A stretch of 54,140 nucleotides of DNA from Chloroflexota bacterium (GTDB lineage: Bacteria; Chloroflexota; Limnocylindria; Limnocylindrales; CSP1-4): positions 1-54,140 of the forward strand of contig JANMNF010000071.1 of the NCBI GenBank assembly GCA_031373765.1, given 5' to 3'. The translations under genes were made by a program, and so were the position numbers. Each line of letters opens with the position of its first letter. The stretch's first letter is position 1. Below the pieces are notes generated by a model that ran no database searches, was not told the origin of the DNA, and worked only from the letters and a program-made list of their open reading frames with translations. Below are positions 1 to 7,719 of the stretch, one piece after another.

Positions 1-44
1 GGTCTACCTGTGGTACTGATCTGGTCCATGGCGGCTGGTGTCGG

Positions 45-80
45 AAATGTAAAAGGGGTCGGACCTTTTGGTCCGACCGC
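45..80 (-). terminator. Intrinsic terminator downstream of the GlsB-like gene
   Basis: Perfect 9-bp inverted repeat GGTCGGACC/GGTCCGACC (57-78) with a TTTT loop. On the minus strand the stem is followed by CCTTTTACATTT. Confidence 0.6.
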
Positions 81-114
81 CTGATCTGAGGCCTTTCAGG
101 CGTCGACGATCACG

Positions 115-381
115 TCACCGCGACCGGCGCATGCCTCCGCCCTTGGCCATGTTCACGACGAAGATCACGAGGATGGCGCCCAACGTCGCGATGAAGATGC
201 TCTCGATATTGATGCCGTCAACCGTTCCCATCTTGAAAACAGTGGCTGCGAGATAGCCGCCGACGAGCCCGCCGACGATACCCAGGACCACCATCATCAG
301 GAGCCCCTCACGGGAGCCCATGACCTGATTGGCGAGGAAGCCGGCGATGGCGCCGACGACGATCCATGCAATGAAACCCAT
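115..381 (-). CDS. GlsB/YeaQ/YmgE-family small membrane protein (transglycosylase-associated)
   Basis: MGFIAWIVVGAIAGFLANQVMG...GIVGGLVGGYL glycine-zipper TM pattern typical of the family. ATG at 381 is preceded by GGAAAGGAA. The upstream part of track ORF 115..609 is Ser/Arg-rich non-coding. Confidence 0.75.
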   Translation of the reverse strand: MGFIAWIVVGAIAGFLANQVMGSREGLLMMVVLGIVGGLVGGYLAATVFKMGTVDGINIESIFIATLGAILVIFVVNMAKGGGMRRSR

Positions 382-403
382 GTTGTGTTGTTCCTTTCCG
401 CGG

Positions 404-820
404 TCAGGCGGTCTGTGGGCGTCGGAAGATCCCGACGGCCCAGAGGACAATGAGCTCGATGATCGTCCAGCCCACGAGGGCCACGATGGCCGTAACGTCG
501 AGGGTCGAACCTGCTGAGTGGAGGGCATCGGTTCGCAGGATCCCCTCGAACGGAGCCACGAAGATCTGGCTCGCGTTGAGGATCCCGGATACGAGGCCGT
601 TCGCTTCACGGGCGTCCAGCAGAAGCAGGACGAACCGCAGCCCGATGACGACTTGAATGAGCCCGAAGACGAACACGACGATCCGTCGGATTGACTCGGA
701 CTTCTCGGGCGTCGCCGTTGTGGTCCGGCTCTCGACGCGCGAGGTCTGTTGGGCCGTACCCGACGAAGCGTCGGCGGGCGTGCTCGTGGTGACCGTCTTG
801 TCGACAGAGTCGATGGTCAT
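404..820 (-). CDS. YggT-like integral membrane protein (probable)
   Basis: Internal ATG at 820 is preceded by GGAGGA. Ser/Thr-rich N-terminus, then two hydrophobic segments with IGLRFVLLLLDA...IFVAPFEGIL resembling the YGGT repeat. Confidence 0.5.
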   Translation of the reverse strand: MTIDSVDKTVTTSTPADASSGTAQQTSRVESRTTTATPEKSESIRRIVVFVFGLIQVVIGLRFVLLLLDAREANGLVSGILNASQIFVAPFEGILRTDALHSAGSTLDVTAIVALVGWTIIELIVLWAVGIFRRPQTA

Positions 821-929
821 GGCTTCCTCCGTTGTGCTGTAGGGCATCCGGGGAAGCGATGGAGTTGGACCACCGCCGGGAGTTGCACCGGCCACTGCTG
901 CTCTTGCAGTAGACCATGGTCATGGTGTA

Positions 930-963
930 TTGTCAACTGTAGTTATCGCGCACTACTGTAGTG
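930..963 (+). promoter_or_regulatory. Putative promoter/operator of the XRE regulator: direct repeat ACTGTAGT x2
   Basis: ACTGTAGT at 936-943 and 955-962. TTGTCA (930-935), then 18 nt, then TACTGT (954-959), lying just upstream of AAGGAG and the GTG start. Confidence 0.3.
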
Positions 964-974
964 AAGGAGTGGCA

Positions 975-1373
975 GTGGCACCATCACTCGGCGCCGTCCT
1001 TCGTCAGGCGCGGCAGGTCCGTCGACTTTCGGCGGTCGATGCTGCGCGGTCTGCGGGCATCTCGGGGGCCTACCTCAGCAAGCTCGAGAATGACGCCGTC
1101 AAGAAGCCGTCGCCGCCTGTCCTCCTCCAGCTCAGCGAGGCCCTCGCCATTCCATATGCCGATCTCATGCGCTTGTGTGGCTATCGGGTCCCCGGCGCCG
1201 AATCGGTGAGTCCAGTGGTGACCGTCAGCGCTGCGCTCTTTGCGGACGTGACCGACGAGGAGCGTGAAGAACTCGTCAAATACCTCGCCTGGTATCGCGC
1301 CCGCAATCGATTGGGCCAGCGAACGGCCGGCGTCGGTGACCCAGGCTCTCGAGACCCCGTCGCTTCGGTCTGA
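975..1373 (+). CDS. XRE-family helix-turn-helix transcriptional regulator
   Basis: LRQARQVRRLSAVDAARSAGISGAYLSKLEND is a Cro/C1-type HTH. GTG at 975 lies 5 nt after AAGGAG (964-969). The track ORF starts at 930, which is an alternative start. Confidence 0.7.
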   Translation: MAPSLGAVLRQARQVRRLSAVDAARSAGISGAYLSKLENDAVKKPSPPVLLQLSEALAIPYADLMRLCGYRVPGAESVSPVVTVSAALFADVTDEEREELVKYLAWYRARNRLGQRTAGVGDPGSRDPVASV

Positions 1374-1666
1374 ACTTGGGGCGGCCGCCTGGCTCGTCGT
1401 TCCCAAGGACGTTGTAGACACGGACCTGCCGGGTGACTGATCGACCTGATTCATCAAACCGGAGTCGTCCACGCTCGGCCGGACAGCCAAATCGACGGAT
1501 ATCGGGTACCGCCACGCTCGACCACAGCGCTCGTGATGAACCAGATCGATCACGGCGGCCGAGGCCCAATCCGCTCAATCCGCACGCGGCGCGGCGCGCG
1601 GCCAGGGCATCGGTCACCAACGTGGGTGAGAATCACCGCTAGACATGCTCGAGCAGGAACCGCCCG

Positions 1667-2131
1667 ATGTATCGTCGACCAATGAGAGCGTCGTCTCGAG
1701 CCAGAACGAGCAAGCGCTGGACGACGCTCGTCGTCGGCTTGGCGATTGCCCTGGGTGTCGTCGGTTGTTGGGGCCACTCTGGGATCAACGAGTTCGCGCT
1801 GTCACTCCGAAACGTGAGCGACGTACCCGTGCGCCTCCGGCTCTACACGACGAGCGCCGGCGATGAGCCGGAGTTTGACATCATGCTTCCCGCCGGGACC
1901 GTTCTCCTCAATACCCCACGCGACGTCATGGGCAGTCGCGTGGATGGGTCGGCCGAGCCTCTGGTGATCGCGATGTTCTCGGACACCTGTGAGCTCCTCA
2001 CGAAATTTGCCGTTGGCCAGGGTCGAACGCTGATCGAGGTCAGGCACGATCTGACCGTCCTAACGACTCCGGATCAGCCCGACGACCCGCAGATCCCTGG
2101 TCCGGACCTCGCCATCGCGTGCAAGCCTTAG
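1667..2131 (+). CDS. Hypothetical lipoprotein
   Basis: Basic N-terminus, hydrophobic stretch and lipobox LGVVGC. No recognisable catalytic motif. Confidence 0.5.
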   Translation: MYRRPMRASSRARTSKRWTTLVVGLAIALGVVGCWGHSGINEFALSLRNVSDVPVRLRLYTTSAGDEPEFDIMLPAGTVLLNTPRDVMGSRVDGSAEPLVIAMFSDTCELLTKFAVGQGRTLIEVRHDLTVLTTPDQPDDPQIPGPDLAIACKP

Positions 2132-2177
2132 CGGTGGCGCCTTGGTGGGCGCGTTGCCGCGCTTGCCTGACGTCGAG

Positions 2178-3560
2178 TCATCCGAGCGGCTCGAACCGGG
2201 CCGTGAAGTGGCGAAGCGCGGCGGGTTGCTGTGAGATCCGGAAGCCGCGCAGGGATGAGGCGCCGTCGGCCACGTACTGGACGACCTCGATCGCGTAGTC
2301 GATGTGGCTCTGCGTGTAGGTCCGGCGCGGGATCGCCAACCGCACGAGGTCCATCGCGGCGGCCGTCTCCGTGCCGTCGGGGTGCTGGCCGAACATGACC
2401 GTGCCGATCTCGCAGCCGCGGATGCCGCCCTCGCGATAGAGCGCGACGGCCAGCGCCTGGCCTGGATACTCGAGCGGCGCGATATGGGGCAGCAGCGCCC
2501 GGGCATCGAGGTAGATGGCGTGGCCGCCGAACGGCTGAACCAGCGGCACGCCGGCCGCGGCCAGCGCCTCACCGAAGTAGGCCGTGGACTGGATCCGGTA
2601 ACGGAGGTAGTCCTCGTCGACGACCTCGCGGAGGCCTTGGGCGATCGCCTCGAGGTCGCGGCCTGCGAGGCCGCCGTAGGTCACGAAGCCCTCGGTCAGG
2701 ATGAGCAGGTTTCGGCTCTGCTCGGCGAGGGCATCGTCATTCATGGCCAGCCAACCGCCGATGTTCGCGAGCCCGTCTTTCTTCGCGCTCATCGTCATGC
2801 CGTCGGCGAGCGAGGCGATCTCGCGAACGATGTCCGGGATCGAGCGCTCACCCTGCCCCGGCTCGCGGAGCTTGATGAACCAGGCGTTCTCGGCGAACCG
2901 GCAGCCGTCGAGGAAGAGCGGAACCCCGTGGCGATCGCAGGTTTCGCGGACCGCGTGCAGGTTCGCCAGCGAGACTGGCTGGCCGCCACCCGAGTTGTTG
3001 GTGATCGTCACGAAGACCACCGGCACGTCGCCGGTCCTTGCCTCCAGGAACGCGTCGAGCGCCGCGATGTCCATGTTGCCTTTGAACGGGTGGATCGCCG
3101 TGGGATCCCGACCCTCGGCGATCACCAGGTCCACGGCCTCGGCGCCGGTGGCCTCGACATTGGCCCGAGTCGTGTCGAAGTGGGTATTGTTGGGAATCGC
3201 CTTGCCCGGCCCACCGATGACCGAGAACAGGATCTTCTCGGCGGCCCGGCCCTGGTGGGTCGGGATGACGTGCTTGAACGGGAACAGCTCCTGGACGCTC
3301 TCGAGGAACCGGAACCAGCTCGGGGATCCGGCGTAGCTCTCGTCGCCGTGCTGAATGGCGGCCCACTGGTCACGCGACATCGCGCCGGTCCCGCTGTCGG
3401 TCAGGAGATCGATGAGGACGTCGTCGGCGTGAAGGTTGAACAGGTTGTAGCCGGCGGTTTCGAGCGCGGCGCTCCGCTCCTCGACCGTCGTCATCCGGAC
3501 GGGCTCGACGGAGTGGATGCGGAACGGTTCGACGATGGTCTTCCAGCGGTCCACGAACAC
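2178..3560 (-). CDS. PLP-dependent beta-eliminating lyase (tryptophanase / tyrosine phenol-lyase family)
   Basis: EPFRIHSVEPV...LIDLLTDSGTGAMS...IPTHQGRAAE...NNSGGGQPVS...MSAKKDGLANIGG...RLAIPRRTYTQSHIDY...LRHFTARF aligns along the full length with TnaA/TPL. The start is set at GTG 3560 (or 3554) so the conserved EPFRI N-terminus is included. The upstream part of the track ORF is Arg/Pro-rich. Confidence 0.85.
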   Translation of the reverse strand: MFVDRWKTIVEPFRIHSVEPVRMTTVEERSAALETAGYNLFNLHADDVLIDLLTDSGTGAMSRDQWAAIQHGDESYAGSPSWFRFLESVQELFPFKHVIPTHQGRAAEKILFSVIGGPGKAIPNNTHFDTTRANVEATGAEAVDLVIAEGRDPTAIHPFKGNMDIAALDAFLEARTGDVPVVFVTITNNSGGGQPVSLANLHAVRETCDRHGVPLFLDGCRFAENAWFIKLREPGQGERSIPDIVREIASLADGMTMSAKKDGLANIGGWLAMNDDALAEQSRNLLILTEGFVTYGGLAGRDLEAIAQGLREVVDEDYLRYRIQSTAYFGEALAAAGVPLVQPFGGHAIYLDARALLPHIAPLEYPGQALAVALYREGGIRGCEIGTVMFGQHPDGTETAAAMDLVRLAIPRRTYTQSHIDYAIEVVQYVADGASSLRGFRISQQPAALRHFTARFEPLG

Positions 3561-3618
3561 GATGGTACGCCGCCCCGAGGGACCCGCACCGCTCGCGCCG
3601 GCCGCGCCGTGGCCGGGA

Positions 3619-4713
3619 TCAGGCCTGCGGCGCGGTATTGAGCAGGCGGCTCGGCAGGGTTCCGCGCTCGGTGGCGCCGTTCCAGCGGGCCAGTGGCGCA
3701 TCGACGAGTCGCGAGAGCGCGAGGAGCGGCCGGTCGTAATTGACGCGCCACCCGTTGAAGTCGCCGTACGCGGCGTCGCGGTCCTCGCGGAGTTGGAGTC
3801 CGGCTGTGGCCAGCTCGTCCGCGGCAGCCTCGAACATCTCGCGGGTCACCGCGGTCGGGTCGGTCGCCTCGGGATGGGCGTCGTACGGGATCCGGAAGTA
3901 GTCCGAGATCCGGCGCAGCGCCACGTACCCGGCCCGGATCGCCAGATCGGCCTGCGGGTCCCGAGGGACATCCACGAGCGAGCGTAGCAGCGAGGCGGCA
4001 TCGAGCACGGTCCCGGCGGCAACGATCCACGAATGATCCGGCTGGGGCGATCGATAGAAGGCGAGCGCCGCGATCGAGGTATGGGTCTCCTCGAGATCGG
4101 CGAACCAGCGCTCCCAGGTCCGCCATTCCTCGTGGAGCTGGTCCCAGACGCCGATCCGGTGGAACCGCGACAGCATCGCGACGGCCGAGGGCGGTGAGTC
4201 GGCGCGGACCTCGAGGAGGTTGACCGCCAGTTCGCGGCGGGAGAACGCGCCGTACAGGGTCGGCAGGTAACCGATGAGAAGGGCGACGAGCCCGAGGCCG
4301 ATCGTCGCCTCGGTGAACACGAGGATCGATTGGAGGCCCGATGACGGGGCCACGAACCCGAGGGTCAGCAGCGATGAGCCGCTCTCGCGAAGCCCGCCGA
4401 GGAGGTCCGGACTCCCGGTCGCCCAGAACATGAGGCCGTAGGAGGCCCACACGCTGACGATCCAGAACCCGGTGGTGACGACCAGGCCGACCGGCGCGTA
4501 GTAGGCAAGGACGCGGTCGCGTCGCTCGAAGGACGCCGAGTCCGGTGCCATCACGCGGAGCAGTCGCCGGAATTGGAGAAAGACGAACGTGACGATGCCA
4601 TCGCGGGCACCTCGCGGGAGGATGAAGGTCCGGATCGCCGAACGAACGGTTGCCACGGTGACCACGAGGCCGATCACGACGGCTACGAGTCGCAGGATCA
4701 GGACGTCGGGCAT
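3619..4713 (-). CDS. Uncharacterised multi-pass membrane protein with a soluble C-terminal domain
   Basis: ATG at 4713 (MPDVLILRLVAVVIGLVV...). Four to five hydrophobic helices followed by a roughly 190-aa hydrophilic domain. Co-directional with the lyase gene. Confidence 0.6.
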   Translation of the reverse strand: MPDVLILRLVAVVIGLVVTVATVRSAIRTFILPRGARDGIVTFVFLQFRRLLRVMAPDSASFERRDRVLAYYAPVGLVVTTGFWIVSVWASYGLMFWATGSPDLLGGLRESGSSLLTLGFVAPSSGLQSILVFTEATIGLGLVALLIGYLPTLYGAFSRRELAVNLLEVRADSPPSAVAMLSRFHRIGVWDQLHEEWRTWERWFADLEETHTSIAALAFYRSPQPDHSWIVAAGTVLDAASLLRSLVDVPRDPQADLAIRAGYVALRRISDYFRIPYDAHPEATDPTAVTREMFEAAADELATAGLQLREDRDAAYGDFNGWRVNYDRPLLALSRLVDAPLARWNGATERGTLPSRLLNTAPQA

Positions 4714-4766
4714 TCGGCTGTCGGAACCTCGAGCAAGCTGGCTGGCGCGAACAGGCGCGGAGCGTA

Positions 4767-4812
4767 CCGCGATCCGGAGGGTCTCCGCGAACCGGAGGGT
4801 TTCCGCGCACCG
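4767..4812. repeat. Tandem 18-nt direct repeat (2.5 units) in a divergent intergenic region
   Basis: CCGCGATCCGGAGGGTCT / CCGCGAACCGGAGGGTTT / CCGCGCACCG. The first two units are 16/18 identical. It lies between the membrane-protein start (4713) and the DUF2277 start (4838). Confidence 0.7.
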
Positions 4813-4837
4813 TCGGCCGAGGCGGTACCCTCCCGTC

Positions 4838-5113
4838 ATGTGCCGCAGCATCAAGACCCTCCGTCGGTCCGAGACGGCGACGACAACCGGTGAGATCGAA
4901 GCAGCCGCGCGCCAGTTCGTGCGGAAGGTGAGCGGGTATCGGGTCCCGTCGGCGCGCAACGCCGAGGTCTTCGACGCCGCCATCCTCGAGGTCGCCGAGG
5001 CCTCGCGACGACTCCTCGAATCGCTGTCCGTCTCCGTGGAGGAGGGACCCGATCGCTGGACGCCCCACGGCGCCGCGCACACCCACCCGGCCGGCGAACC
5101 GGCCCATGGATGA
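4838..5113 (+). CDS. DUF2277-family small protein
   Basis: MCRSIKTLRRSE..TTGEIEAAARQFVRKVSGYRVPSARNAEVFDAAI matches the conserved MCRNI..L N-terminus of DUF2277. ATG at 4838. Confidence 0.7.
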   Translation: MCRSIKTLRRSETATTTGEIEAAARQFVRKVSGYRVPSARNAEVFDAAILEVAEASRRLLESLSVSVEEGPDRWTPHGAAHTHPAGEPAHG

Positions 5114-5573
5114 CGCCGTGGGCGCGGGCTCGGCTCCAGCCCCCATACCAAGCGGCATTGCTTCCGGCGAACCCGCCGCCGTCTCCAGTGCCGGCCTTGA
5201 GGCGACAACGCCATGGGTTCGCCGTTGGCTTCGTGCCGAGGGCATCGCGGCCCTCATCGGTGGCCTGTGGGCCTGGATCGCCCTTGGTGCGGCATGGCCG
5301 CTTTTCCTGGCCCTGTTGCTCGTCCCGGATGTCTCGATGGTCGGCTACCTGAAGGGCGCGCATGCCGGCGCGATCAGCTACAACATCGCTCACAACTGGG
5401 CGACAGGCGGGCTCGTCCTTGGTCTCGGAGCGGCGCTCGCCATTCCGGTGCTCGTGTTCGCGGGCATCATCCTGATCGCCCACGTCGGCATGGATCGGCT
5501 GTTCGGCTACGGTCTGAAGTACCCGACGTCGTTCCAGGACACGCACCTCGGGCGGATCGGCAAGCGACGCTGA
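5106..5573 (+). CDS. DUF4260-like membrane protein
   Basis: VPDVSMVGYL...ISYNIAHNW...AHVGMDRLFGYGLKYPTSFQDTHLG. The ATGGATGA overlap with the preceding gene suggests translational coupling. Confidence 0.6.
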   Translation: MDDAVGAGSAPAPIPSGIASGEPAAVSSAGLEATTPWVRRWLRAEGIAALIGGLWAWIALGAAWPLFLALLLVPDVSMVGYLKGAHAGAISYNIAHNWATGGLVLGLGAALAIPVLVFAGIILIAHVGMDRLFGYGLKYPTSFQDTHLGRIGKRR

Positions 5574-5618
5574 AGTCCGTGTGCGGGTGAGCGTTTCGCG
5601 CCGACGGCGGGTATTCCC

Positions 5619-5822
5619 ATGCATGCGTTTCCGGTCCCGTCCCGGCTCGCCCTTGCCTTGGCCGCGGCGGTGCTCGCGGTCGCAGCCGGTTGCGGTAACG
5701 GGGACGCGACGACGGCGCCCACGGACCTTCCTCCGGGCCCAACTTCGGGACCGTTGACCCCGTCGACAGCCCCCACCGATGACCCGGACTCGGTGCCGCC
5801 GGCAGGAAACTCGAGCCCGTAG
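5619..5822 (+). CDS. Small Pro/Thr-rich lipoprotein
   Basis: Signal peptide with lipobox LAVAAGC, followed by a low-complexity Pro/Thr tail. Confidence 0.45.
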   Translation: MHAFPVPSRLALALAAAVLAVAAGCGNGDATTAPTDLPPGPTSGPLTPSTAPTDDPDSVPPAGNSSP

Positions 5823-5828
5823 GTTCGG

Positions 5829-6755
5829 ATGGACCGCGAGGGCCGGCGGCACCGCTCGACCCCGCGCGGCTACACTCGAATCGTGACGACTCCCCTCGAT
5901 CCGGACCTGCCTACGCGCCACCTGACGAGCACGAAAGTGGTGGCCGTACGCGGTGTTCAACTCGAGGTCCGCGACGACATCGTCGTCGGTGAAGAGCCAC
6001 TCGAGATTCGGGCCGGCGGTCCGCGCCAGGCACCGGTCAACGTCGCGATCACAATGCGCACTCCAGGATTCGAGCAAGAGCTGGCCGTTGGTTTCCTGAC
6101 GAGCGAGGGGCTCATCGCCGGCAACGCGGTGACCGGATTCGAGACCGGCGATCCGGGATTCATGGCGGAGCCTGATGACGCAATCGTTGTCCGTCTCGTG
6201 AAGAAGCTCGATCCGGCCATCGCAAAGCAACGCAATTTTGTGGCGACCGCGTCGTGCGGGATCTGCGGCAAGGCCTCGATCGACGATGTCGCGGTCCGCT
6301 GCGAGCCGCTCCCCAAGGGCCTCCCGATCATTTCCAGGGCGGTGATCCTGTCGCTCCCCGGCGGGCTTCGCGCGGCGCAGGCGGCATTTGAGCGGACCGG
6401 CGGGCTTCATGCCGCGGGCCTGTTCGAGACCGATGGGCGCCTCGTGGTCATCCGGGAGGACGTCGGCCGCCACAACGCTCTCGACAAGGTGATCGGATCA
6501 CGGGTCATGGCAAACGAACTGCCCCTTTGGGATCGGATCCTCATGGTCAGTGGCCGCGTCAGCTTCGAGATCGTGCAGAAGGCCGCCGTCGCCGGAATCC
6601 CGATCATCTGCGCCGTGTCAGCGCCGTCGGATCTCGCCGTTCGACTCGCGGATCGACTCGGCGTGACGCTCGTCGGGTTCCTGCGGGGAGATGGATTCAA
6701 CGTGTACACGCACGATGGCCGAATCGACCTCCGCGAACTCATGGGCGTCGGCTGA
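5829..6755 (+). CDS. fdhD: Formate dehydrogenase accessory sulfurtransferase FdhD
   Basis: SCGICGKASIDD, GGLHAAGLF, REDVGRHNALDKVIG and SGRVSFEIVQKAAVAGIPII are FdhD hallmarks. The start could also be GTG 5883. Confidence 0.85.
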   Translation: MDREGRRHRSTPRGYTRIVTTPLDPDLPTRHLTSTKVVAVRGVQLEVRDDIVVGEEPLEIRAGGPRQAPVNVAITMRTPGFEQELAVGFLTSEGLIAGNAVTGFETGDPGFMAEPDDAIVVRLVKKLDPAIAKQRNFVATASCGICGKASIDDVAVRCEPLPKGLPIISRAVILSLPGGLRAAQAAFERTGGLHAAGLFETDGRLVVIREDVGRHNALDKVIGSRVMANELPLWDRILMVSGRVSFEIVQKAAVAGIPIICAVSAPSDLAVRLADRLGVTLVGFLRGDGFNVYTHDGRIDLRELMGVG

Positions 6756-6772
6756 AGGCCGGAGTCGCGAGC

Positions 6773-7351
6773 ATGTCCGCCCTCGACGACGCGCCGCTGG
6801 TCAACGCCAACGATCGCGCAACCTGGCGCGCGTGGCTCGAGGCGAATCACGCTGGTACGAATGGCGCGTGGCTCGTGACGTGGCGGCAGCGTTCGGGGCG
6901 CGCAGGGCTCGATTACGAGGCGGCCGTTGAGGAAGCGCTGTGTTTCGGCTGGGTCGACAGCACCGCTGGTCGCATCGACGACGATCGAGGCAAGCTCTAC
7001 TTCGCGCCGCGGAAGCCGCGCAGTGGCTGGGCCGCGACGAACAAGGCGCGGATCGAGCGACTCCTCGCGGATGGGCGGATGGCTCCGCCCGGGCTTGCGG
7101 CCATCGAGCGGGCCAAGGCGAATGGTTCGTGGGAAGTCCTCGACAGCGCCGAGCGCCTCGAAGTCCCCTCGGATCTCGCCACGGCCCTGGCCGCGCTGCC
7201 GCCTGCCGCGCTCAACTTCGGCGCGTTTCCACCGAGCGCTCGGAAGCAGCTGCTGACGTGGGTGGCCCTCGCCGTCCGGCCCGAGACTCGCGCCGAGCGG
7301 ATCGGCCGGATTGCCGTTGCTGCCGCCAGGAACGAGCGCGCCCTCGGCTAA
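6773..7351 (+). CDS. YdeI/OmpD-associated family protein
   Basis: ATG at 6773. WRAWLEANH...GAWLV...EEALCFGWVDS...YFAPRKPRSGWAATNKARIERL...RAERIGRIA resembles the YdeI (DUF1801-like) family. Confidence 0.65.
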   Translation: MSALDDAPLVNANDRATWRAWLEANHAGTNGAWLVTWRQRSGRAGLDYEAAVEEALCFGWVDSTAGRIDDDRGKLYFAPRKPRSGWAATNKARIERLLADGRMAPPGLAAIERAKANGSWEVLDSAERLEVPSDLATALAALPPAALNFGAFPPSARKQLLTWVALAVRPETRAERIGRIAVAAARNERALG

Positions 7352-7644
7352 AGGCGCCGCTCACAGAGGTCTTCGAGCTCGGCGAGTAACGCGGGTCGGC
7401 CTGCGGACGATCCTGTGGCCGGAGACGCCAATCGGTCGGTCCATGAATCGCGAAATCTGGCCAGATGGATCGGTGGAAGCGGGTCGTCCGAGGAACCCTG
7501 AGGGTTTGACCTGCGCACGAGGCCTGGGACGATCGACCACGGTGCGGCTCCTCCTGCCGACCAGACCGCGAGAAGCGCAAAGATGACCGACGTCGCGATG
7601 ATCGTCACGACCGTGAACAGCCATATCCACGCCAGATCCGTCAT
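7348..7644 (-). CDS. Hypothetical single-pass membrane protein
   Basis: N-terminal TM helix WIWLFTVVTIIATSVIFALLAVW. No homology recognised. Lies downstream of the terminator that follows the FDH Fe-S gene. Confidence 0.35.
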   Translation of the reverse strand: MTDLAWIWLFTVVTIIATSVIFALLAVWSAGGAAPWSIVPGLVRRSNPQGSSDDPLPPIHLARFRDSWTDRLASPATGSSAGRPALLAELEDLCERRL

Positions 7645-7676
7645 GCGGCCACGCTAGCAGCGTCCGGGCGGATTCG

Positions 7677-7718
7677 AAAAGGTCCCGCGGCCCAAGACCG
7701 TGGGCCCTCGCCCGGGAC
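7677..7718 (-). terminator. Intrinsic terminator immediately after the FDH Fe-S-module gene
   Basis: Outer stem GTCCCG/CGGGAC (7682-7687 with 7713-7718) and inner stem GGCCCA/TGGGCC (7689-7694 with 7701-7706). On the minus strand the structure runs into a TTTT tract (7680-7677). It begins 1 nt after the TAG stop (7720-7722). Confidence 0.55.
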
Positions 7719-7719
7719 G

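Noticed and set aside
3619-4713. The TLGF sequence in the unknown membrane protein as a potassium-channel selectivity filter.
   Set aside because: The motif reads TLGFVAP and lacks the second glycine of TxGYG/TxGFG. The helix arrangement also does not fit a pore-loop channel.
3491-6473. Very long track ORFs 3491..5257(-) 588 aa and 4851..6473(-) 540 aa. The same class includes 46305..48002(-), 50085..52211(-), 42855..44039(-), 33669..34742(-) and 2304..3641(+).
   Set aside because: They are extremely Arg/Pro/Gly/Ala-rich with no motifs. They lie antisense to, or out of frame with, genes that have clear family signatures. These are typical shadow ORFs of GC-rich DNA.
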